The position numbers and the translations under genes were made by a program. Below the pieces are notes generated by a model. That model was given only the letters and a program-made list of their open reading frames with translations. It searched no databases and had not been told where the DNA came from. A DNA stretch of 64,000 bases from Leucoraja ocellata (Eukaryota): the NCBI GenBank assembly GCA_036785375.1, contig JAWMAR010000227.1, positions 1,116,001 to 1,180,000 on the forward strand, written 5' to 3'. The first letter of the stretch is position 1. Each line of letters starts with the position of its first letter. Below are positions 52,191 through 63,386 of the stretch, piece by piece.

Positions 52191-52676
52191 CTAGGCATTG
52201 ACTGGGGAAGAGTTCCCTCATTTTGAATTTGTAGAAAATCGACTTTACTTGTAAGTCTATTGCATCAGTTGTTGGCTTGCACTCTGTCAGATGTTTCTTT
52301 TTACCCAAACAAAAATCATCTGCTATATAACATTGGGTATCTTTTGTACCCTTTCTATCCTCAATGATGAATGGAAACTTGATTCTATGCTGTTTGCAGA
52401 TTCAAAAACATTGCCTAGTCTTTTCACGTAAGTGCTGCCTGATGTGTTTTAATCTGTATGTCGGGTGAGCTCGCTGAAAATTTCTTATACTGAAAGGCTC
52501 CTAGGAAATTCTTGTTTACATGCTTGTATAATTTGGCGTGGAGCCTGGGCTTGTACTTTTAAAATTTCCTGAGTACTGAATTTGGAGCTCGGAACCAACA
52601 CCACCTTTGTAACCAAGGTCCACATGCTCCAGGACATGTCGTTCTTTGCTGCTTTAGTGCAAATTCTAATACATTT

Positions 52677-52950
52677 TAGGGCAACACAGTGGCGCAGCAG
52701 TGGAGTTGCTCCCTTACAGCGACAGACCCGGGCTTGATCCTGGTTATGGGTGCTGTTTGTACGTTCATCCTGTGACCATGTGAGTTTTCTCCGAGTGCTC
52801 AGCTTTCTTCCCACAATCCAAGAATGTACAGGTTTGTAGGTTAATTGGTTTCTCTATATCACCCTTTGTGTGGAGGGTAGAACTAGTGTACGGGTGATTG
52901 CTGGTTGGTGCTGACACTGTGGGTCAAAGGGCCTTTTTCTATGCTGTATA
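52677..52950 (+). mobile_element. HE1-like V-SINE
   Basis: Head tggcgcagcagtgg, V domain and tail. Confidence 0.75.
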
Positions 52951-53694
52951 ACATTTAAAAAAAATATATTGTCCTATAGTTAAGGGGTTGAATCCCGGAA
53001 TTTAAGGTGAATGAGCAGAAAATTAAAAAATAGGATTAGTGTGAATGAATCCTTGGTCAGTGTGGCCTTGGTGGGTTTAATGGCCCATTTTCACACCAGG
53101 ACCTGTGAAGAGCCAAGAAAACCATCAGCCAGGAGGTGCAGAAGCCTGAAGGCCCCACAACACCAGGTCCAGGACAATTTCCTACAACCATCAAGTTCTT
53201 GAACTGTCCTACGTGACTTTAATTTTACCTCCGAAACCGAACACGACAGAGAGGAACAGATTGAAAAGATTTAATGTTGAAATCCAGGTTGATGGTAATG
53301 TTTCTGGCACTGTCATCCTTGGGACAAAACGATGAACACATGGAATTTGAAATGTGTTCATGGTTCAGAGATTTCCGCTTCCAGCTACAGTCAATCTTTT
53401 CAAAGGCAGCGTCTAGTCAATTTACATAATTTTCCTGGCAGCCGTGATTCTACAGAGATTCCAGAGGGATTCATAAAGGAAGTAGTTCAGTATAGTTTGT
53501 ACAAAAAAAAATGATGCGTAACTCTGCAGAATTTCAGATGCACAATTTGGGGGGGGGGGGGGGGGGGGGAGGAGGGGGGAGGAAATGAGCTATGGATAAC
53601 AAGATTGTGTTGCTGTTGTAAATACGTGGAGCAGTCTGATTTCTACAAGGGAAAGATACGAGATATAATATTCTGAGATTGGTGGAGGTCTATT

Positions 53695-53981
53695 TTTAGG
53701 CTTTAGACATGCAGTGTGGAAACAGGCCCTTTAGCCCCACTGAGTCCACACTGACCATCGGACACTAGCATTATCCTACACACTAGGGAGAATTTAGAAT
53801 TTACAGAAGCCATTTAACCTGCAAACCTGAACGTCCTTGGAATGTGGTTGGATACCAGACCACCCGGAGAAAACCTACTGTCACAAGGAGAATGTACATG
53901 CTTTATACAGATGACATCTGTACTCAGGATCAAACCCAGGTCTCTGGCGCTGTAAGGCAGCATCTCTACCACTGTGCCACG
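53695..53981 (-). mobile_element. HE1-like V-SINE
   Basis: Reverse complement shows head, V domain and tail. Confidence 0.75.
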
Positions 53982-54384
53982 GTATTCTATAATGATTCTG
54001 AGTAGGTAATTAATCGAAGAACCCACGTAAAAACGATTGAGTCCCATCTGAAGCTACATGCTATTCTGATTTACTGCAGTTGAGGCAGTCGACATGAATT
54101 ATGTGACCAATCCATCTCGTTATATAATTGCGCCTTTAATCACTAATTCCCGGTGCAGCCCAGTTCGAATAGCAAATGAGCCAGAGAACAGTGAAGACAG
54201 GCGCTTGTCCTTTAACCTTGCACCAGCACACACTGAAGCTGTCTATTTACTGCAGCTGAGCAACTTGGAGCAGAATTGAAATGCTGTGTGTATGCTCCAT
54301 GGGACGATGCAAACCTCTCATCAGTCAACTGCAAATCTGATTAGCTACAGCTTGTTTTTTGTGCTCCTGTTTTTTTCCCCTTAA

Positions 54385-54750
54385 ATTTAGTTTAGATTAC
54401 TGTCAAGCATACCAAGGTACAGTGAAAGGCTTTTTGTTGCGTGCTAACCAGTCGGCAGAAAGACTATACATGATTATAATCAAGCCACCCAGTGTAAAGG
54501 GAATAACATTTGGTGCAAAATGAAGTCTAAATAAAGTCAGTCCACAGGTCTCCAGTGAGGTAGATGGTAGCTTAGACTCGCACTCCAGTTGTTGATAGGA
54601 TGGTTCCATTGCATGATAGCAGCTGTGGAGAAACTGTCCCTCAATCTGGAGGTGTCCCTCACTTCTGTACCCCTTGTCTGAGGGGAGAAGAGGGAGTGAC
54701 CGGGAAGAGTGGTCCTTATTATGCTGGTGGCCTTGCCGATGCGTGATGCG
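54385..54750 (-). mobile_element. Rex1/Babar 3' fragment
   Basis: RIGKATSII...PGHSLFSP...TSRLRDSF remnant and accttggtatgcttgacagtaa tail. Confidence 0.65.
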
Positions 54751-55009
54751 AGACCACAGAAATTTGTGAATTGATTGAATGTAATTTTCCTGAGGCTGAC
54801 TTCCAACACTGCTCACTGAATCTTAGTCCATGTGGAAAGCAGCTCAAATAAAATGGTGGGATTGGTGGAGTTGCTTCTTCTGAGGTATAATTTTTGTATG
54901 TTTCCTTGCGGGTTCTGAAATATCTTCTGAATGACAAGTCTTGAAACCACAAGGAAATTTCATGACCCACAGACATTTCAACTAATGAAGTGTAATCGCT
55001 GAAGGGCCC

Positions 55010-55325
55010 GCAGTGCTAGAGTAACTCAGCGGGTCAGGAAGCATCTTTGGAGAATATCGATAGGTGACATTTTGGGTTGAGACCCTTATGGAGAGAAGGC
55101 AGGTACAGGATACTGAGTTGCATGATCAGCCATGATCATATTGAATGGCTCGAAGGGCCGAATGGCCTACTCCTGCACCTATTTTCTATGTTTCTTCAGA
55201 CTGAAGGGTCCCAGCCAGAAGCGTCACCAATCCATGTTCTTCAGAGATGCTGCATCACCTGCTGAGTTACTCCAGCACTGTGTCCTTTTATGTATTAACT
55301 AGCATCAGAAGTTCTTGTTCCTACA
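55010..55325. mobile_element. Inverted Penelope pLTR pair with a CR1 3' end inserted (about 55088-55192)
   Basis: gagaccctt|CR1 3' UTR|cttcagact: the CR1 splits the minus-strand hammerhead motif. Confidence 0.7.
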
Positions 55326-57117
55326 AGTGTAGTCATTGATTCACCTGACTGACTTGGTGTCACTTTTAAAGCCTGATGGTATTAGTGTATTTTTCATTAC
55401 AGCTTGACTAATTTGGGTTTTGTAAGTATTGTTTTTCCCCAACTAACTGCCACTTGACCACTGGGAAACGGTTGACTCGAAGATCATGTGCCATAATCTT
55501 GCTGCATTCTCCTTGCCTTTAATTCATTCTCCCTGCATGTGTCTCACCATTGTTTCCTCTGCATTTGCGGGGTCTCTGTGTCTCCTCCCCCCCCCCCCCC
55601 ACACACATACTGCTGCATGGGCTAGGACACGGACTCTGGTAAGTCCAGGTTTTTATACAGTGTTTTTTTTCCTGCTTTATGAATGGGTTTGAGCTTCTAA
55701 AGTGAATGAGACACAGTTTAAGATTTGTGTTTTTACTGGTGACTTCTGCAATGTAGAACTCAAATTGAGATGGCTTGGAGGTAGAGTTGCTGCCTTACAG
55801 CACCAGAGACCTGGGTTTGATCCTGATTTTAACGGTGCTGTCTGTTCTGCAGGGAAGCTGCCTCACTCGCTGAGTCACTCCAATACTCTTCTCTCTGTCC
55901 CCATACATTGCTTTGTGCTGACTAGAAGATCAAGCCTAAAAGTAAATTATTTGGGTCGGAGGAATATTAAACTTACAGGTTCCTTTCAAATGGAACTGCT
56001 CCTGATGCAGTTAATGCTCGGGAGGTTTCAGGAGTTTGTCTTAAAATATAATTTCAAATACATGCTTGTTACAGTACGAAGCATTTTAATCTAGGTTTGG
56101 ATGCACTCTTCACTGTCTGAGTATATTATTGTCCTTGAGTAAAATTCCAGGTGTTCCATCCAAACTCTGCAATTTTGCATTGTTTGTTCTTTACAAGATA
56201 ATCATAAAACCTTATCTAAAAACAGCAATGCCAAATCTCTTGAAACTGCATGAAGTCCAAGAGTTGCTGGTTTCTGGAAAAACTTGGACATCTGAGTAAT
56301 TTGGGCAATTAGTTTTCCCATATCTCCATTTATTGCATTTTGTTAACCAGGAAACACCTGGCTCATTAAATTGAACATGTGAAATACTTGGTGCACCAGT
56401 GGAGAGGAGCGGTTAGGGTTTTGAGGGCAGTGACCATCTCGAGTCTGTTCTGAAATGTCATTAACCTGAAACATGCTGACGGACCCGAGTCTTTCCAGCA
56501 ATATTTTATGTTTTGGTTTTCCAGCAGCTGTAATTTTTACTCTTTTTCAAATCTATGCTTTACCTGTTTAGAAACTGGGGGCAAAACTATTTGAGCACAT
56601 TTGGCTTTTTAATATTTTTGTGCTTTTATATAAAATTGCAGCCAAGGTGTTGGTATTAACACCAAGCACAGGACTCGATCTGGCAGGTTTCATGTCCACT
56701 TACAGATATATTGTGGTTTAACATTTAGCCAATGTTAGCCATTGAACCTTGAACTGGTCAACATTTTAATAAAGTTTCAGCCTTTGAACTAAAATACAGT
56801 GATAATTGTGGGAGTAACACTAATGTTGGAACAGGCACAGTGACACGGTGAGATTCACTGTCAAAACTGGCACTAATTATGGACACTGCTTTAGCTACCA
56901 GAAAATGACTGATGTATTTGAAACCACGTGCTTGAGGTGTTTGATTTTTATTAATGATGTGGAGGATAAAAAATCTAATCATTCTTGCGAACATGCAATT
57001 TTTATATGCAGGCATTTATGAGTCTCACCTGCTTTGTGCAAAATTTACACTGAGCATTTTATTGTCCATTAGAATATATTTAATGTGCCCACAAATTAAT
57101 TTCTTCTTCTTTTACAG

Positions 57118-57130
57118 AGCAAAAGAGTAG
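57118..57130 (+). CDS. MXRA7: MXRA7 alternative terminal exon 2 (R-AKE*)
   Basis: Strong acceptor ttcttcttcttttacAG (57101-57117); phase-2 compatible; 3 codons then TAG. Analogous to the recalled short mammalian isoform ending ...EEEQRTEE. Followed by TE-free, AT-rich sequence with AATAAA at 57580 and 57648. Confidence 0.68.
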
Positions 57131-57579
57131 AACCGATTGGGAGTCTTAAACGTGAATTATCTGAGGGCTTGGAGGCTTGAATTTTGCCAGACAACAAGCC
57201 AAAAAACTCATGCAGCTTATCCCGACCAGGGCGATACTGTTAAAGATCCTGTAATAGATGTTGCAATAGAATCTAATATAATAGAAAGCATTTATTTTGT
57301 AGTCATTTATAATTCACAGCTTTGAGTTGCAGTCTAATGCAGATTATCAAACAATGTTAAATTTAATCACAGTAAGCCTTGTATCTTTGTAACTAATACA
57401 AGACAGCCATATTATTTTGCTCGCCAATGCAAAAGTTTGGGTTAAGCTTAAAAGGAAAATTTTGTTACAGGGTTGAAGTACGTAACTATTTTGAATGTTC
57501 TAGTTTTGAAAACTTGCATTTGTAATTCTGAAATGGCAACATTTGCTTAATCTATTACATGTCACTACTTTTGATGTTT

Positions 57580-57585
57580 AATAAA
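57580..57585 (+). promoter_or_regulatory. Candidate polyadenylation signal for alternative terminal exon 2
   Basis: AATAAA followed about 20-40 nt later by GU/U-rich sequence (gtgtttcattgggttttttttc). Confidence 0.5.
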
Positions 57586-58659
57586 GTCTTCAAAGGTTAC
57601 CAGTGTTTCATTGGGTTTTTTTTCTTCGAATAATGGGAAGTTATCCTAATAAAGAAAAGCAGTTCACTAATTTTGTGTAACTGAAGCATTTGCTTCAGTA
57701 GTGATCTTGTATCCAAGTTGTGACAGTATTACCATCTAATTCTTTAATTATGTTGGTGACAACATCACTTGCTTGGTTTTAATGTTTCTCATAGCTGTAG
57801 TAAGTCAGAAAGTGCTGGGTGCTGGTGGAGTGAATGACGCTGTGGAATTTAGTTTAGAGATACAGCGTGGTAACGTGCCCTTTGGCCAACAGTTCAAGTT
57901 CAAGTGAGTTTATTGTCATGTGTCCCTGATAGGACAATTAAATTCTTGCTTTGCTTCAGCACAACGGAACATAGTAGGCATTGACCACGGGGATTACTGG
58001 TCCGCGCACACCAGGAATGCTCGTGCACTAACACTATCCTACACACTAGGGACAATTTACAATTTTACCAAGTCAATTAGCCAACAAACCTAGTCACCTA
58101 GAGAAAACCCACACGATTAGAAGGAGAATATGCAAACTCTGTACAGACATCACCTGGAGTCTGGATTGAACCCAGGTCTCTGGCGCTATATGGCATCAGC
58201 TCTACCGCTGCGCCACCGTGGTGAGAGTTACAACTGGTTCCTTGCACTGGTAATAGTCTAAAACTAAAATAAAGTATAGATTCCACCAATGTATTGGTTG
58301 CATTGAACTTTCAGTCAAGATCACCGATGGTCCTGTCTATTATAAAGCATTGCTTCGTTGCCCAAGGTACAAAAGGGTAGTGAATCCTGTGGACAAATGT
58401 TCAGGACCCTCATCCTAAAATGATTCTTGTAAAGCCAGCAGTCCCTGATTGTTGTGGCTATGTTTCTTCCTGGGAAAACCTGAACTACTGAAGCAAACTT
58501 CAAGGATTAATACTTGCCACATTGTAAAACGTCAATAAAATGTAACATGTATGTTTTAATCCGTGTTGTGGCTTCATTCACATCCTCATTTCCCCTTGAC
58601 TGACTAATTCCACAAGGTGAAAATTATTTCAAATAATGTTGTTTCGATTGAGAGACTAA

Positions 58660-58862
58660 TGGGCCTGTCCCACATGCGACTTTTTCGGCGACTGCCAGCA
58701 CCCATCATAGGCCGTTGCAGGTCGCCGAAACTGTTCAACATGTTGAAGACCCAGCGGCAACTGAGGTGACCACTCACGACCATACAGGTGACACCCTGGT
58801 GACATGTCGCAGGGTGAAGCCTGTATGGTCGTGAGTTCTCACCCAAAGAGTCGTACCTTGTT
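58660..58862. mobile_element. Truncated Harbinger-like MITE end
   Basis: taa|tgggcctgtcccac terminus of the same type as 16693 and 34700; second TIR absent. Confidence 0.5.
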
Positions 58863-58904
58863 CTGACCCGAAACGTTGCCTATTTCCTTTGCTCCATAGA
58901 TGCT

Positions 58905-59303
58905 ATGGAGCGCAGAAGGTTAAGGGGGACTTGATAGAGGTCTTTAAAATGATCAGAGGGATAGACAGAGTTGATGTGGACAAGCTTTTCCCTTTGAGAA
59001 TAGGGAAGATTCAAACAAGAGGATATGATTTCAGAATTAAGGGACAGAAGTTTAGGGGTAACACGAGGGGGAACTTCTTTACTCAGAGAGTGGTAGCGGT
59101 GTGGAATGAGCTTCCAGTGGAAGTGGTGGAGGCAGGTTCATTGGTATCATTTAAAAATAAATTGGATAGGCATATGGATGAGAAGGGAATGGAGGGTTAT
59201 GGTATGAGTGCAGGCAGGTGGGACTAAGGGGAAAAAAAGTTGTTCGGCATGGACTTGTAGGGCCGAGATGGCCTGTTTCCGTGCTGTAATTGTTATATGT
59301 TAT
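58905..59303 (+). mobile_element. CR1-type LINE 3' fragment inserted in a Penelope pLTR
   Basis: GDLIEVFKMIRGIDRVD...FFTQRVVAVWNELP; TSD atgct at 58900-58904 and 59304-59308. pLTR halves lie at 58863-58904 and 59304-59380. Confidence 0.88.
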
Positions 59304-59558
59304 ATGCTGCCTCGCTCTCTGAGTTTCTCCAGCATTTTTGTCTACCATTGATTTTCCAGCCTCTTCAGTTCCTTCTTAAATATTGACCCTTTGCAGTTTA
59401 GTTTATAGATACAGCATGGAAACAGGCTCTTTGGCCCACCAAGTCCATGTTTACTATCAATCATCTATTCATACTAGGATGTGGGCGGAAACCCATGTGG
59501 TCACGGAGAACATGCAAACTCCACAAAGACGGAACCGATGGTCAGGATTGAACCTGGG

Positions 59559-60130
59559 TCAAGTCAAGAGAGTTTATTGTCATGTGTCCCAGATAGGACA
59601 ATGAAATTCTTGCTTGCTGCAGCACAACAGAATATTGTAGGCATANNNNNNNNNNNNNNNNNNNNNNNNNNNNNNNNNNNNNNNNNNNNNNNNNNNNNNN
59701 NNNNNNNNNNNNNNNNNNNNNNNNNNNNNNNNNNNNNNNNNNNNNNNNNNNNNNNNNNNNNNNNNNNNNNNNNNNNNNNNNNNNNNNNNNNNNNNNNNNN
59801 NNNNNNNNNNNNNNNNNNNNNNNNNNNNNNNNNNNNNNNNNNNNNNNNNNNNNNNNNNNNNNNNNNNNNNNNNNNNNNNNNNNNNNNNNNNNNNNNNNNN
59901 NNNNNNNNNNNNNNNNNNNNNNNNNNNNNNNNNNNNNNNNNNNNNNNNNNNAGTTCTGAGTTTGTTTGAAGTTGTGTTTAATAGTCTGATGGCTGTGGGG
60001 AAGCAGCTGTTCCTGAACCTGGATGTTGCAGATTTCAGGCTCCTGTACCTTCTACCTGATGACAGCAGAGAGATTTGGCCAGGATGGTGTGGGTCCTTGA
60101 TAATGTTGGCAGCCTTTTTGAGGCAGCAGT
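59559..60130 (-). mobile_element. Rex1/Babar 3' end spanning the assembly gap
   Basis: CLKKAANIIKDPHHPG...RFRNSCFPTAIRLLN on one side and the Rex1 tail on the other. Confidence 0.8.
59646..59951. other. Assembly gap (306 N)
   Basis: Run of N. Confidence 1.
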
Positions 60131-60969
60131 TCTGCTGTTGTGCCATGCAGGCTATGGGCTTTAATGTCAGATTACAGTAAAAGTGCAGAATGAATACAAA
60201 ACTACAATTTTCTCCCCAAGGGAGTTTTCTCTGAGCCCCAGCAATCATTAAAGTCTTCATGTTGCCAAACTAAATGCGTAGGTTGGAAGGGTTCAAAGGC
60301 CTATGAGCCAAATGCAGGCAAATAGAACTAGCCGTGTATGGCAACATGGGCGGCATGGACAAAGTGGGCTGAAGGGCCTGTTTCTATGCTGTACAGTTGA
60401 CTCTATAACTTCAACTGCATATTTGCACTTGTGTTTAATCAAAAAGCTAAAAGCTGCCATTGGAACTGACAGAAAACCAAATCATGATGGATACATAACC
60501 TGACCCAAGTAAATAAGTCCCATATTGCAGTGCTTCATGAGTTTTACTGCCAGTGTATGGACAGACTGATCCAGTGGGCCCTCTGCTATTACAGTGGGCA
60601 GAATAACTATGTGAGCCCATGGGCTGGTATCAGTTGCTAAGTGACTGAATGCATCACCGGATGTGCTTGTTTGAGAGCATAAAAGTGTTCTTGGTCCATA
60701 ATGTGCCTGTCATGAGAATGAATCGTATCTTTGTAGCTACATCATGGTTAAGGGTGGCAATGGTACTCCAGGACCTTAATACAGCATGTAAGCCCACACC
60801 ACTGTAGCTGTGAGATTGTGGGATCTTGCAGTGTGCAAACTGGCCAGTGCTTTACCCTTGTTATTGTGCCTGCACAAGTATTTCGTTGGTTGTAGCTTGT
60901 TTTCAGAGAATCGCAGTTCTTTAGAAAGATTGACTGTGACCTTGACCTGTATCGAGTCCTGTATCAACT

Positions 60970-61108
60970 TCTTCTTCTTGCGTATGGCGTGCACAGCCTA
61001 AAGTTGTCGGACAACTTGTTCTATTTCATCTTATTTGATTGTGCTCGTCGGATTGATTGCATTAGTCGAAACAGGGCGGACCACGTGAAGGTTGCAATCT
61101 CCCACCCC
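60970..61108 (-). mobile_element. Short non-autonomous retroelement (ribozyme-headed SINE, probably Ingi/Vingi- or RTE-mobilised)
   Basis: Exact direct repeat ctgtatcaact at 60959-60969 and 61109-61119 (12 bp with one ambiguous C). 3' end is ...GCCATACGC(AAG)n, CpG-rich, with no ORF and no Pol III boxes. The 5' end coincides with ribozyme G1. Confidence 0.85.
61055..61108 (-). ncRNA. Minimal HDV-like (CPEB3-type) self-cleaving ribozyme
   Basis: Minus strand reads GGGGUGG GA GAUUGCA ACC UUCACGU GGU CCGCCCU GU UUCGA CUAA UGCAAUC. P1 is 7 bp with a G1-U wobble, P2 is 7 perfect bp, P3 is ACC/GGU and L3 is UUCACGU. There is a single C-G P1.1 pair and a J4/2 C-U-A-A with the putative catalytic C at 61065. 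P4 is reduced to a short loop. Activity is untested. Confidence 0.85.
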
Positions 61109-61374
61109 CTGTATCAACTGAAAAGTGGGGAATCTATGGAATTGATTTAATAAAGGTTAAGGATTCATGATATTGAAAGTAGCACTGGATTGAAAATGCT
61201 AACCTCCCTTGGTTGGAATAAGATGTTAAATCCAATGCACCAGAGTTTAATGCAAGTATTTCATTTTTTTTCTTGCAATGCAGCTTATTTAACGGGTGCC
61301 AGCAAGTTTTGTGCAAAGATTAATATAAACAGTGATCAAAAATCATTTGTGCGATGCAGTCATTTAAAGTTTTT

Positions 61375-61668
61375 TCACAGCAGTACAGTTGCTGCCTTAG
61401 AGCATCAGAGACCCGGGTTCAACCCTGACAACAGGTGCTGTCTGTACGTTCTCCCTGTGACCACGTGGGTTTTCTCCTGGTTCTCCGGTTTCCTTCCACT
61501 CCAAAGACGTACAAGGTTTGTATGTTAATTGGCTTCAGTAAACATTGTAAATTGTCCCTAGTGTGTAGGATAATGCTGCTCTATGGGGTGATCACTGGTC
61601 GATGCGGATTCGGTAGACTGAAGGGCCTATATGTCTAGATATAGTGCAGTATCTCTAAAGTCTAAAGT
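61375..61668 (+). mobile_element. HE1-like V-SINE
   Basis: B box gggttcaaccc, V domain, tail tctctaaagtctaaagt. Confidence 0.8.
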
Positions 61669-61972
61669 CCAATCTTAATTTTTCTGGCAGTGCAATTTAT
61701 TTGATGGCTGCCAGCAAATTTTGTGAAACGATGACAGCAGGTAAATAGTGGCCAAATATCATTTTTGCAAATGCCTCCTTTTTTGTTTTTTTGAAATCAA
61801 TAAATTTGCAAAAGCATTTCAGGTTGTTTCTTGTACTGGATTTCTGCAGTACTTCTTTTAATCGATTAAATTGGTAGACGACCTTAATAGTTCATTAAGT
61901 CGATCGGTGCAAATGTAATTAGTGCCATTCTGTACAAATCTGCTCACTTGTGCTTCCTAATTTGTGTTCCAG

Positions 61973-62087
61973 GATTCAACGAGATCAGCTGGCTGCCATT
62001 TTCAAGTTAATGAGTGAAAGGAAGGAGGTCTTTGGTGACATGTCAGAAGGAGACATGGAGGAGCAACTCAAGCTTTATTCTCTTTAG
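61973..62087 (+). CDS. MXRA7: MXRA7 canonical terminal coding exon (R-IQRDQLAAIFKLMSERKEVFGDMSEGDMEEQLKLYSL*)
   Basis: Branch-like cctaat, acceptor ttccAG at 61971-61972, phase-2 compatible. Translation matches the recalled MXRA7 C-terminus VQKEQLAAIFKLMKDNKETFGEMSDGDVQEQLRLYDM. Stop TAG at 62085-62087. Confidence 0.94.
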
Positions 62088-62760
62088 GATGCACTGCTTT
62101 GAAGATGATTTAATGTAGGGCTCCCTTTGCCAATGCAAATCAATATTACTCGCAAGTTGCTTAAAATTTAAGTCCTGGCAAATAAGTTGATGACTTTATG
62201 GATATCTAAATGTTTGGTCTTGATTATTCTCCCTGATGTTTTCTGATGATATAACCAAAAAATCCTGTAAACTGACATGATGAAATACGGTCCTGTTAAG
62301 TCGACAATGTGTTGATTCTCATGGTAGGATGAAATGAAATTATTTAGCTGTTTCTTTGTAGTATTTCACTTCTAGAGTGCTAGATTATAACTTTTATAAA
62401 GGATTTAGGTAAGCCAGGTATCTAAGCCACTAATTTATTGGTATTGATAACTGTTAGTGATTAAGGACATGCTGGCTAGATTATGTTATTGTAACCCTTG
62501 TCATCTACTGGATTTTATTCGGAAGGGTAGATCTGGCATGGTGGTCAAAACTGTTGTTGGAAGTGCTATCAATCACCTCTTGTTTTATGTGATGTTTTGG
62601 GTCGAGATCCTTCTTCAGACTGAAAGTCAGGGGAGAGGGCGACAGAGATATAGAAGGGTAGGGTGTGATATCTCAATGTCTCCCTCTCGTTTTCACACCT
62701 TACCCTTCCATATCTATACTTTCCTCTCCCCTGACTCTCACTGAAGAAGGGTCTCGACTC

Positions 62761-63386
62761 TTAATAACAAGAGGATTTCAGTATAGGAGTAAAGAGGTTT
62801 TTCTGCAGTTGTGTAGGGCTCTGGTGAGACCACATCTGGAGTATTGTGTACAGTTTTGGTCTCCTAATTTGAGGAAGGACATCCTTGTGATTGAGGCAGT
62901 GCAGCGTAGGTTCACGAGACTGATCCCTGGGATGGCGGGACTGTCATATGAGGAAAGATTGAAAAGACTATGCTTGTATTCACTGGAGTTTAAAAGGATA
63001 AGGGGGGATCTTATAGAAACTTATAAAAGGACTGGACAAGCTAGATGCAGGAAATTCTTTCCCAATGTTGGGCAAGTCCAGAACCAGGGGCCACAGTCTT
63101 AGAATAAAGGGGAGATCATTTAAGACTGAAGTGAGAATTTTTTTTTTCAACCAGATAGTTGTGAATTTATGGAATTCCCTGCCACAGAGGACAGTGGAGG
63201 CCAAATCACTGGATGGGTTTAAGAGAGAGTTAGATAGAGCTCTAGGGGCTAGTGGAGTCAAGGGACATGGGGAGAAGGCAGGCACGGGTTATTGATAGGG
63301 GACGATCAGCCATGATCACAATGAATGGCTGTGCTGGCTCGAAGGACCGAATGGCCTCCTCATGCACCTATTTTCTATGTTTCTAT
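62761..63386 (+). mobile_element. CR1 LINE 3' part inserted into the hammerhead helix II of a Penelope pLTR
   Basis: LVRPHLEYCVQFWSP to EKAGTGY with a frameshift; TSD gactc at 62756-62760 and 63387-63391. Flanks are ctgaagaagggtctc(gactc) and aaaatgtcaccc. Confidence 0.9.

Noticed and set aside
59481-60260. ORFs running through X residues
   Set aside because: Artefacts of the N gap within a Rex1 3' end; the comparable copy at 29840-30030 has simple repeats at this position.
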